From Anaeramoeba ignava BMAN (lineage: Eukaryota > Protista > Anaeramoebae), in assembly GCA_028826165.1 (NCBI GenBank), contig JAPDFW010000092.1, positions 496,001-560,000 on the forward strand: a stretch of 64,000 nt of DNA. The letters are read 5' to 3'. The position numbers were made by a program, and so were the translations under genes. Below, piece after piece: positions 37,639 to 49,152 of the stretch. Below the pieces are notes generated by a model. It did not search any database. It was given only the letters and a program-made list of their open reading frames with translations, and was not told the DNA's origin. Position 1 is the stretch's first letter. Every line of letters starts with the position of its first letter.

Positions 37639-40600
37639 ATGAGTGAAAAATTACCTCGTTTTTTTGAACAATTTTCTTTAAAATGTCAAGCTTTAATTTT
37701 AAAAACAAATAAAATTGAACATGCGCTTCTTTTCCAAAAATTTATTCTTTCTGAAAATAAATATGCTGATAAAATATCTGGTCAAATGTAAACAATTTTT
37801 TCCTAAATTTTTTTAAAATAATAAATTAATTCACTATTTTTTCTTTTCCAAAAAAAAGGTCAAACAAAGATATTAGCAAAGAATTAATTCTTAAATCATT
37901 TATTAGTTTAATAGAAGAAAGAAAAAATTTTGATAATTCACAATTTCATGAAAAAAATCTTTTTATGTTAATTTATATTTGTTCAATTGATATTATTCGA
38001 TCTTATTTTGAAAAATCAGATAAATTAATGCAAGAATCAAATTTCAAACAAATTACTCGAAATGGTCTTTTTAAAATGCTCAAAATTGTGGAAAAGCAGA
38101 AATCAATTCCAAAAGAAATTATATTGAATTTTTTAACAATAATTATTCAGTTATCAAAAAAATTTTTATCAATTGAAGATTATAAAAAAATATTTAGCAA
38201 AGTGACTGAACTTCTCCAAAAAAATTCAGGAAATGTATAAAATTATATTATATTAAATGAAATTCAATTAAATTCAAATTCAAATCCAAAAATTTTAATA
38301 TTTAAGGAAAACCAAATGAGTCAAAAAGATCAAAATGATAATATTAATCACAAAATAATGGAGAAAGAAGAATCATTGAATCCAGCTGATTTTTATAAAT
38401 TCAAGGTTTTTCTTCAAGATTTTAACCATTGTTCAATTTCCGTAATTCCACTTGAAACACGTTTTCAAGATATCATGAAATTTCTTCAAGAATCAAGAAA
38501 AATTTCTCAAAAAGATGCAATATTTTTGAGTTCTGATCATCCTCATTATATTTCTACAATTACAACAAAATCTCAAGTTGATAATCTAACAAAAAATGGG
38601 GAGAAATTAGTATTTTTTATGAATGGATTTTTTGTGAAAAATGATGAATTTATGGATAAATATTTATCAGGTTTTTCTTTGATATTGAAACAGAAAATTG
38701 ATTCAATTAATGTTTTAGTTGCTCCTTTAACAAGTACTGATATTGCTCAATCAATAACAACAGGAACAAATATCACGATCAGATATTTATGGAAAAAAAT
38801 GAAGAAATTGAGATCAGAAAATATTGAATATGGATTGCAGTTATCCACTTTTGATCACAATAAAATTAAAGATTTCATATCTCAATGGTCAGAATTATCT
38901 CTTGATTTTTCTCACATTTTATCATCAGATGATGAAAATCAAAAATATGTTGCTTATCCTCAATTTTATGCATATAATATTGACAGCTCAAGTGTAGATA
39001 CAAACTTAGATAATTCAGATACAAATTTAGACCAAGAATTAAATAGCACAGATAAAAATTTGGATGAAAATTCAATTTCAAATTCAAATGAAAATTTAAA
39101 TATAAATTCAAATGAAAATTCAAATGAAAATTTAAATTCAATTAATGTTGATGATATAATTTTGGAAAATAATCAATTTGGATATTGGCTCAATGTTGAA
39201 TCACAAAACAACATTTCTTTTTATCTTGATCGTATAATGGTAATTTATAAACAAATAATAGAAATTTGTTTTGAATTTTAACTAATTTTTATCAAAAAAA
39301 AAAAAAATCAAGACAAACTATGATTTGATTATCAAATTTCAACCAAAACCAATTATTGTGCACATTTTGCTTGGTTTGGAAAAGAATAATTTTTCTATTC
39401 ACACTTTTGTTGTGGATTGTATAGTCAAAATATCAATTATTGTTGAGCAAATTTTAAAGCAATTAAATATTAATTTCAACGATAATCTTGGATTTGATAT
39501 TTTTCTCTTAAAATTTTCTGAGCAAACAAAATTGAAACCAGAAAAACAATTTGCAAAGGAAATGATGAAACAAATTTCACAACTTATTCTGTTGGATTTG
39601 AACAAAAACCTATTTGAACAAAATGTTATTCCTTTTTCTTATTTAAGAATAATAACTTATCAAAAAATGATTTTTGAGCAAAAAGAACCAGAAAAAATTG
39701 AAGAAATTAATGACAAAACTCATTTTTGGGATGAAATGATAAGACTTGATGATCCAAAAATAGTGACAGTTTTTGGTGAAATTGAAAAAATTGAAAAACA
39801 ACAATTCCAAGAAGAGCTCAAAAACAGAAAAGAATCCAAAAAGGATCAAGAAAAGGAAGCAAATCTAGATATATTTTTCCAGACAAAAGCAACAAGCTTT
39901 AACGAAGCAATTAAATTAATAACAACACCAAAAACTTATTCACATTTTTTCGAGAAAATGTTCATTTGGGTTTTGCCGTTAATTACAAAAGAAGAGGAGC
40001 TTTTTGTAAACAAATTGATTCAGCGGTTTTATTTGCCGAAATCAATTTCAATTGATTCTGTTGAAATGGAGGAAATACGCTTATTAATTGCATCAATATT
40101 GAAAAGATATATCAGATATAAATGCAAAATTAACTTTGAGATTTCAGAAGAAGAATGGAATTTGTTAAGTAATTTTACAAGGAATGATTTATTAAGAAAT
40201 TCATCCCAGAAATTGAAGAATATTGGATTGAAAATTGAGTTGATGATGATGAAATATTGTGGGAAAATTAGGGAAAAAAAAATGGAAATAGAAAATGAAT
40301 CAAACGATCAAATAAAAGAAAAAAAGGCAGAAAGAACAACAGAAACAGAAGGTAGAAACTGATAAAAAAAAATAATTATTATTGTTCAATATCAATTATT
40401 TTATTAATTATTTAAATATTTATTAATTTAGATTCAAATATAGAAGAAGATGATTGGGCAATGGGATTGCCAATAGAACCCAATCAAAAGCATTTTGATT
40501 ATACTTCCCAAACAATAAGTGATACTATTAATGATTCTGATGATGTTGATAATGATGATAATTATAATAATGATATGGATGATAAAAACGATAATGAGAA

Positions 40601-41627
40601 AATTATTTCTGTATTTGAAGAAACTGATGAAATTTTTTTTAATGAAAATATCAATGAAAACAAAGGAAAATCAGTTGAGGATTTATTGGTGAATACAATA
40701 AACAAATCAAAAGGAAAAAGAGACGATGGAACTTTTTTAAGTGTTTTTTTAGCAGCATTGGATACTGTTTGGGATGATAAAAAAGGAAATGAAAATAAAA
40801 CAATTCTAAATGAAGAAAATGAAGATTTTTTACAGGAAAACTTAGATTTATCAGAAAGTACTTCAACAAACCATGTTTCAATGAATGAATACTTCATTTT
40901 CACAACAAATGTAAATGATTTTGCGAAACAATTATCGTTAGTCTCTTTAAACAACTTCCGCAAAATCCAAATTCAAGAGTTTTTTTTTGGAAGATGGATT
41001 CGACACAAAATTATTAAAAATCCTGAAAATGAAAAGATTTGTGAAAACGTTCTGAAAATGATCAACAATTTTAACAGACTTTCTGATTGGGTATCATTAA
41101 GTATTCTTCAAGAACCCAAACGGGAAAAAAGAGTGAGATTGATTTGCCGATTTACAAAGCTTTGCGACGCTTTAAGATCATTAGAAAATTATCAAGATTT
41201 GATGGCAGTTTTTTCTGGATTACAAAATTCTTCTGTTTTTCGTTTAAAAAACACTTGGAGACATGTTCCAGATAAATATCGACAAATTCTTAAGGATCTT
41301 GATGAATTGACAAGTGTGGATCGCTTTAAAAATTTGAGGAATGCTCATCACAACTCAAAATCAGCTATTGTTCCTTATCTCGGCATTTATCTTTCTGATT
41401 TCACCATTTTGGATGAAGTTCCAAATAGAGTTGTTGATGATTTGATTAATTGGGGAAAATTTCGCAGATTTTTTCTAACTTTTTATCAGATTTCTTGCTT
41501 TCAAAAAGCAAAATATCGTTTTCTTTTTAATGAAAATCTTCATAATTTGTTTATGTTGATTCCTTCAGAAAAAGTGGATCCAAAATTATTTTTGGATTTA
41601 TCTCTTAAAATTGAACCAATCAATTGA
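37639..41627 (+). CDS. RasGEF (REM + CDC25 domain) with long N-terminal extension; 5 exons
   Basis: FAKQLSLV, FNRLSDWVSLSIL, LRSLENYQDLMAVFSGLQNSSVFRLKNTW, VPYLGIYLSDFT, LINWGKFR; introns at ~37788-37858, 38235-38306, 39240-39312, 40352-40431. Confidence 0.92.
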
Positions 41628-41697
41628 AAATAAGAAAAATTAAAGAAAGAAAGAAAAAAATTTTTTAAAAAAAATTCATTTTCATTTTTTTAAAATA

Positions 41698-42535
41698 ATG
41701 ATTATTAAAATTTTCCCGTTTTTTTTTGTTCATAATTTTATTTCCAATTCTCATTCAAAATCAAGAAAACACTTTAAATTTCCAAAATTTTACTCCTTCT
41801 TGTTTAATTTGTACAATTTTAGTTGATTTTTTGAAATCATTTTCAAATACATCTTCTTTTGTAAATATTTCATCAACCAATAAATCAATAACTTTATTTG
41901 AAAACGAAGAATGGAATCAAGAAATGGCATCCATTTATTCCGAGCTAACTGAATCAGAATCTCTTTTAGTATTTATTGAATCAGGATATTTAGGAATTGA
42001 TATTTGCAGAGAATTTAGTTTTTGCAGTGGAAAAATCAAGAAAAAAACAGATCCTGCAAAATGTGTTGCATGCGAAATGCTTGAAGCGGAATACACTGAA
42101 TATTCTAAAACTCAGAACATTTCGTGGAGTTCAAATTCTCAGGAGATTATCAACGATTTACCTCAACAATTCCAAAATGAATTGAAACAATTAATTATTG
42201 AATATCCAAAAATATTTGAAGAAATGGATTATGATTTCTGTTCAAAATCAGAGATATGCACTCTAGACCTGATTTTCGATGCAAAACCACAATCAAATCC
42301 TCTTATTAATTTGGACTTTATTGTTTGTGATGCGATTATAAATGAATTGATTGTTTTTCTTAATAAAAATGATAAGGAAAATATTATCCAATTTCTTTCT
42401 TCTCTTTGCAATTATTTTCCAGCACAATTTCAAGGTTCATGCACAGAAATAATTTCTCAACAAAAAGAAGCTATTGTTTTGGTTTCTCTTTCTTATCCAA
42501 ATTTTCTAGAGAAATTGTGTGAACTTTTAAAATAA
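41698..42535 (+). CDS. Secreted multi-saposin-domain (prosaposin/SAPLIP-like) protein
   Basis: Hydrophobic N-terminus; repeated CxxC...C patterns (CLIC, CVAC, VCDAII...LCNYFPAQFQGSCTEII...LCELLK). ATG at 41698 needs a 1-nt correction in a T9 run. Confidence 0.75.
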
Positions 42536-42577
42536 AGATTTATCAAAATTTTGTTATTTATTTTTGTTTTCTGATTT

Positions 42578-43966
42578 TTAAACAAAAAAGCATTCAATTT
42601 CTTCACTTTTCCATTGTCCGTCTCTTCCAGCTAAATAATTTTTAGATTCGTTTGTTGAATAATAGATTCCTTTAGGTAAAATATAACTGTATCCAAAATT
42701 CCATGAATGTCCGTTTTCTAAATTACGATCAATAAAACATAAATCCCAATTTCCAAAAAAAGGTCCCATTTCTGGTCCATAAAAAACTGCATATTTTTTG
42801 GCTTCACTTTTTAAATTAATTGGAAATTTTTGAGGAGGATCATTTCTTGGATTTTTCAAACTAAATAAAAATGCATTTTCATCAAATGAATGATCATTTT
42901 TGCTTGAAATCCATCCAATTTGAGTAAATCCTCCAAAAATAAAATTATCTTTTGTTTTGATAATAACTAATGTTTTTCCTTTATCATCACATTTTTCATG
43001 CCATTTTTTATAATCAAAACCATCTATTTTTGCTGAATATCCTAATTTCATTTTGGAAAAGAATTCATTATCATTTATCCATTCTTTTAATTTATTGAAA
43101 TATTCTTTTTCTTTAATAATTTTTGATTTAAATCTTTTTCTTGATTTGAAAATTAATGATTTTTCTTTTTCTTTTTCAATAAATTGATTTAATTCTTTTT
43201 CATTTTTAATATTTTGGAATTGAATTAATTTTTGTGAAATTTGATTTGGAATTAATTCTTGTTTCAAAGTATCTTCAATTTCTTGTTTTGAAAAATCAAT
43301 AAATCTTATTTTATCAATAATATTTGGAATTTGATTAATATTTGATTTATGTTTTTCCCATTTTATTATTGATTGGAAAAGTTCAAATTCATTTATCAAA
43401 ATAAAATCATTTGATAATATTGAATTTAAATGATTTTCTTCAAGTTCAAGAAAAAATGGAGTTTTAATAAATTCTTCAAAATTTTCAAAAATAAATTGAT
43501 AAGAAGAATCTAATAATTGATTTAAGTTCATTCTTTCAGATAATTTAAGAATATCAACAATAGTTTCAAATTGTAAATTATTTTTGATAAAATTTAAAGA
43601 AATTTCAATTAATTCATCAATTAAATATTTTGATGAAAAAATTAAAATTTCAATAACATTTTCTAAATTAATTTCAATTTTTCCTGAATAAAAATAATTC
43701 AAAATTGAAAATAGAATTGAATTTGAAACATCTTTTAAAATTAATTTATTTTCTTGATATTCTTTCATTTTAGAATTAAAAAGAGATTTAAAATATTGAC
43801 TTCTTGAAGAAAGAATTGATTTATGAGTTTTAAATGAAGTTTGATTTTGTTCACAAATTATTTCAAAATCAAAATAACTTTCATATTGATTTTGATTTTG
43901 ATTTTGATTTTGAAATAAATTTTTTAAATCATTTGAAAGTTTTTCTAAATTTAAATAAGTTTCCAT
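42578..43966 (-). CDS. Intronless BTB/POZ-BACK-TLDc protein, copy 1
   Basis: BTB (DFEIIC...FKTHKSILSSRSQYFKSLF...ILNYFYSG), BACK (FLEL...EFELFQSIIKW), TLDc (YSAKIDGF...WHEKCDDKGKTLVIIKTKDNFIFGGFT...AFLFSLKN...GPFFG...EIECF). Confidence 0.93.
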   Translation of the reverse strand: METYLNLEKLSNDLKNLFQNQNQNQNQYESYFDFEIICEQNQTSFKTHKSILSSRSQYFKSLFNSKMKEYQENKLILKDVSNSILFSILNYFYSGKIEINLENVIEILIFSSKYLIDELIEISLNFIKNNLQFETIVDILKLSERMNLNQLLDSSYQFIFENFEEFIKTPFFLELEENHLNSILSNDFILINEFELFQSIIKWEKHKSNINQIPNIIDKIRFIDFSKQEIEDTLKQELIPNQISQKLIQFQNIKNEKELNQFIEKEKEKSLIFKSRKRFKSKIIKEKEYFNKLKEWINDNEFFSKMKLGYSAKIDGFDYKKWHEKCDDKGKTLVIIKTKDNFIFGGFTQIGWISSKNDHSFDENAFLFSLKNPRNDPPQKFPINLKSEAKKYAVFYGPEMGPFFGNWDLCFIDRNLENGHSWNFGYSYILPKGIYYSTNESKNYLAGRDGQWKSEEIECFFV

Positions 43967-44008
43967 TTTAAATAAAAAATTTAAAAATAAAAAAAATGAA
44001 AAAAAATA

Positions 44009-44430
44009 AAAAATGAAAATTATTTTAATTTAATATTTAATTTGGAATTAATTTTATTTTATATATTTTATTAATATTTATTTATTAAAAATAATATAAA
44101 ATAATTCTCAATAATTTAATAAATTTGATAAATTATTTTAATTAATTTATCTAAAAATGAAAATTATTTTAATTTAATATTTAATTTGGAATTAATTCTA
44201 TTTAATATATTTTATTAATATTTCTTTATTCAAAATAATATAAAATAATTCTCAATAATTTAATAAATTTAATAAAATATTTTAATTAATTTATTTAAAA
44301 ATGAAAATTATTTTAATTTAATATTTAATTTGAAATTAATTCTATTTTATATATTTTATTAATATTTCTTTATTCAAAATAATATAAAATAATTCTCAAT
44401 ATTTTAATAAATTTAATAAAATATTTTAAT
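44009..44430. repeat. Three tandem ~144-bp units (array L)
   Basis: AAAAATGAAAATTATTTTAATTTAATATTTAATTTG recurs at ~44009, ~44153, ~44297. Confidence 0.9.
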
Positions 44431-44534
44431 TAAAAATATAAATTGAATTTTAATCTTTTTAATAATAAATTTTAATTAATTTTTCTTTAATTTATCTATT
44501 AATAAATAATTTAAATTTAATTATTATTAATTTC

Positions 44535-44975
44535 TATTTCCATTTTTATATTTATATGTTGAATATTTAAATAATAAAATATTTAAATCTAAAACATTAA
44601 ATTATTATTTTAACAATAAAATTAAATATTAAATTATATTTTTAAATTGATTTATAAATTAAATATTAAATTAAATCTATTCTTATTTTTTATATTTATA
44701 TGTTTAATATTTAAATAATAAAATATTTAAATCTAAAACAATAAATTATTATTTTAATAATAAAATTAAATAATAAATTATATTTTTAAATTAATTTATA
44801 AATTAAATATTAAATTAAACTATTCTCATTTTATATTTTATGTTGAATATTTAAATAATAAAATATTTAAATCTAAAACATTAAATTATTATTTTAATAA
44901 TAAAATTAAATATTAAATTATATTTTTAAATTAATTTATAAATTAAATATTAAATTAAACTTATTTTCATTTTTA
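44535..44975. repeat. Three tandem ~143-bp units (array R), diverged inverse complement of array L
   Basis: ATGTT(G/T)AATATTTAAATAATAAAATATTTAAATCTAAAACA recurs with ~143 spacing; unit junction AATTAAATATTAAATTAAACTTATTTTCATTTTT matches the reverse complement of the array L unit start. Confidence 0.8.
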
Positions 44976-45338
44976 TATTTTTCATTTTTCATTTTTTTCC
45001 TTTTTTTTAAATAAAAAAAATAATTTTAATTAAGTAAATATTATTTAAAAAAAATTAAATATAAAAATATCTAATTAAACATAAAAATAATAATAAAAAC
45101 ATTTCAATAATCAAAATATTTATAAATTATTAATTAAAATAAAATTTATTTAATCAAAAAAAATTGGAAAACAAAAATTTATTTTTCCTTTTTTTTATTT
45201 AATAAAATAAACCAAAAATTAAATATAAAAATAATAAATTAAACATAAATTATTTATTAAAAACATTTAAATAATCAAAATAATAAATAATTTATTAATT
45301 AAAATATTTTTATTTTCAAAAAAAAAACAAAAAAAGAA

Positions 45339-48300
45339 ATGAATTCAAATTCAAAATCAAATTCAAATTCAAATTCAAATTCAAATTCAAATTCAAATTC
45401 AAATTCAAATTCAAATTCAAATTCAAATTCAAATTCAAATTCAAATCAACAAATTCGAATCCAAAATTAAAAAATTTAATAAATTCTTAATAAAACAAGC
45501 AAATAAACAAATTGGTTTAATGTTTGGAAATAAAAAAACTTCAGATTTTCAAATTTATTGTGGAAAAGATAAAATTTTAATTCCTTGTCATAAATCAATT
45601 TTAGAAGCTCGTTCAAAATATTTTATGATAAATAGAAGAGAAAATAAATTTAATTCAATTTATTTTAATAATTTTAGTTCTGAAATTGTTAAACCAATTA
45701 TTAAATTTTTTTATAATGGAAAATTTAAATTTGATAAACAAAAATTTGATAAATATTTTAAATTTGCAAATCAAATTAAATTAAAAGAAATTCAATTCAA
45801 AATTGAACTTGAAATTCAATCAATTTTTAATATTGAAAATATTTTAGAAATTTATTTTAAATCTCAAAAAATTAATTCAAAAAATCTTTCTCAAAATTGT
45901 GAAAAATTTATTTTCCAAAATATTCAATTTATCATTTCAAATCCAAATTTTGATAAATATTTAAATCAAAATCAAAATCAAATTTACAATTTTATTGGAT
46001 TAATTTCTTTAAATCAAAATCTTCCAAATCAATTCCAAATTATTCAACAAATTGAACAAAAATTGAATCAAAATAATCAAAAAAAATTGATAAAATTAAT
46101 TAAATTTGAAACAAATCAAAATGAAAATGAAAATAATGAAATTGAAAATTCTTTTTCAAATTTATTAAATCAAATTTTACAAACAAAATCAATTAATCAA
46201 TTTCAAATTCAAAAATCAAAAATAAATCAATTTCTCAACTTCAAAATAAAATTATTTTATTAAATTCAAATATTGAAGAATTTGAAGAAGAAAATAAAAA
46301 ATCAGAATTTACAATTAATCAACTTTATTATCAACAAAAAACAACCCAAAAAGAAAAAGAAAAATTAGAAAAAATTAAAAAACAAATTGAAGAAATTCAA
46401 AAAGAATATGAAAAATGGAAAAAAGAAATTGAAGAAAAATTTCAACAATTAATTCAAAATGAAAATGAAAAAATGAAAAAAGAATATTTACAAGAATTTA
46501 ATGAAAATAATTATTAATTTGAAAGATTTATTTGAAGAAAATAGAAAAAAAGATTTAGAAAATTTTCAAAAAGAAATTCAACAAATTCAAAATAAATTCA
46601 AAAAAATAAAAAATAACAATTTGGAAGAAATTGATAAACAATATCAAGAATTAATAAAATTTCCAAAATCAAAAACAGAAGAAGATTTAAAATTATTTGA
46701 AGAAAGAATCCAACAATTTAAAAATCAATTTGAAAAAAAAAGAAAAGAAAATTTAGAAGAATTTAAACAATTTATTCAACAAACCAAAAATCAAATCAAA
46801 TTCAAAATCAAAATCAAAATCAAATTCAAAATCAAAATCAAAATCAAAATCAAAATAAAAATCAAAATCAAATTCAAAATAAAATCAAAATAAAATCAAA
46901 CAAAATCAAAATAAAAATAAAAATCAAAATCAAAATCAAAATCAAATTCAAAATCAAAATCAAAATCAAAATCAAAATCAAAATCAAAATCAAAATCAAA
47001 ATCAAATTCAAAATCAAAATCAAAATCAAAATCAAAATCAAAATCAAAATCAAAATCAAAATCAAATTCAAAATCAAAATCAAAATCAAAATCAAAATCA
47101 AAATCAAAATCAAAATCAAATTCAAATTCAAAATCAAAATCAAAATCAAAATCAAAATCAAAATCAAAATCAAAATCAAAATCAAAATCAAAATCAAAAT
47201 CAAATTCAAAATCAAATTCAAAATAAAATTCAAAATCAAAATCAAAATCAAAATAAAAATCAAAATCAAAATCAAAATCAAAATCAAAATAAAATTGAAA
47301 TTGATAAAATAATTGAAGAAATAAAAAATATAATTCCATTTAAACAAAATGAATATTTGGAAAAAATTGAAAATAAAATTCAAGAAATTGAAATTAAAAA
47401 TGAAAATTTAAATGAAAATGAAAAAATAATTCAAGAATTTAATAATGAAATTGAAAAAAGAAAAAATGAATTTTATTCAAAAATTAATCAAGAAATCAAA
47501 AATATTCAAAATATCCAAAATAAAATTGAAAATCAAAAATCAAAAATAGAAATTCTTCAATCAACAGAAAACACAACAAATTTTTTACAAGAACTTTCAA
47601 ACAAAATTCAACAAAATGATAAAAGTAAATCAAACAAAAAAAAAAAGGAAATTAAATTGAAATGAATTGAATTGAATTGAATTAAATTGAATAATTTTAA
47701 TTAATTTATTTAATTAATATTTGATTTATTAAAAAAAATAATTTGATTTTACAAAAAACAAATCATAAAGGAAAAACAAAAGAATTAATTGAAATTGATG
47801 AATATTTTATTCTTAAATGTATGAATAATTTTCCAACAAATGAAATTATTCAAGAAAATTCATGTTTTGCTTTAAGAAAATTTACTGAAACAAACAAAAG
47901 TAAAATTCAAAAATTAATTTATTTTCAAAACAAAAAGAAAAAAGAAATATTAAATTCAAAATTCAAAATTCAAAATTCAAAAAAATAGAAAAATCAATTC
48001 AATTTGAAAATTTAAATGGAATTGATTTAATTTTGAAAACAATGATAAATTTCCCAAATAATCAACAAATTCAATTTCAATCTTTTTCAATTTTTATTAA
48101 TATTGGAAAAGAAAAAGGTAAATCAATTTATTTTTCCAAAATTTTTTCATTAACAAAAAAAGAAAAATAATCAATTTATTAATAAAATTAATCAACAAAA
48201 TTAAATTCAAAAATCAAAATCAAAATCAAAATAAAAATCAAAATCAAAACCAAAATCAAAATCAAAATCAAAATCAAATTTAAATTCAAAATCAAAATCA

Positions 48301-48778
48301 AAATCAAATTCAAAATAGAAAATCAAAACAAAATTAAAATCAAATTCAAAATTAAAGTCAAAATTCAAAATCAAATTCAAATTCAAAATCAAAATCAAAA
48401 TCAAAATCAAAATCAAAATCAAAATTCAAAATTAAATTCAAAATCAAATTCAAAATCAAATTTAAAATCAAAATTAAAATCAAAATAGAAAATCAAAACA
48501 AAATTAAAGAATTATTTGGAATTGAAATAATTATTTTATCAATAATTAAATTTGAAAAAGATAAAAATTTAAAAAAACAAGGATTTAAAGCTTTATCAAA
48601 TTTAGGATTGAAAAATAAAGGTAAAAATTATAAAAAAATAAATTCCAAATTTTTTCTTTCAAAAATAAATTAAATTTTTCAATTCATTCTTCTTTTTCCA
48701 AAAAAAACAAAAAACAAAAACAACAAAAACAACATTTATTTATTTAGAAATTCAAAATCAAATCAAAACAAAGAAAGG
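45339..48778 (+). pseudogene. Frameshifted BTB - coiled-coil/QN - ARM-repeat gene
   Basis: BTB (SDFQIYCG...IPCHKSILEARSKYF...IIKFFYNG); coiled coil with (CAAAAT)n; three ARM-like exons (ILKCMNNFPTNEIIQENSCFAL; [19 protein letters not shown]; GIEIIILSIIKFEKDKNLKKQGFKALSNL). Several frameshifts (~45460, ~46220, ~46505). Confidence 0.7.
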
Positions 48779-49152
48779 TAAAACAAAACATTTTCCTTTT
48801 TTATTTCTTTTAACAATTTTTAACAAAACAAATTCATTCATTTTTTCATTTATATTTTATTCCATTCTTTTTTTTACTATTATTAATAATTGGATATTTA
48901 AATTCCACAAAACAAAAACAAAACAATTCAAAAACAATTCAAAATTTCCATTCTTTTTCTTCTTTTTAAAATTTGAAAAAAGAAAACAAAAACAAAAAAA
49001 AAACAAAAACAAAAACAAAAACAAAACAAAAAAAAAAAAAAACAATTCAAAATTTCCATTCTTTTTCTTCTTTTAAAATTTGATAAAAGAAAATCCAAAA
49101 AATTGAATGAACATTTTGAAAAACAAAAAGAAAAATTGAAAATTATTTAAAG

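Noticed and set aside
44009-44975. Regularly spaced repeats as a CRISPR array
   Set aside because: Whole units repeat with no unique spacers, context is eukaryotic, and no cas genes are present.
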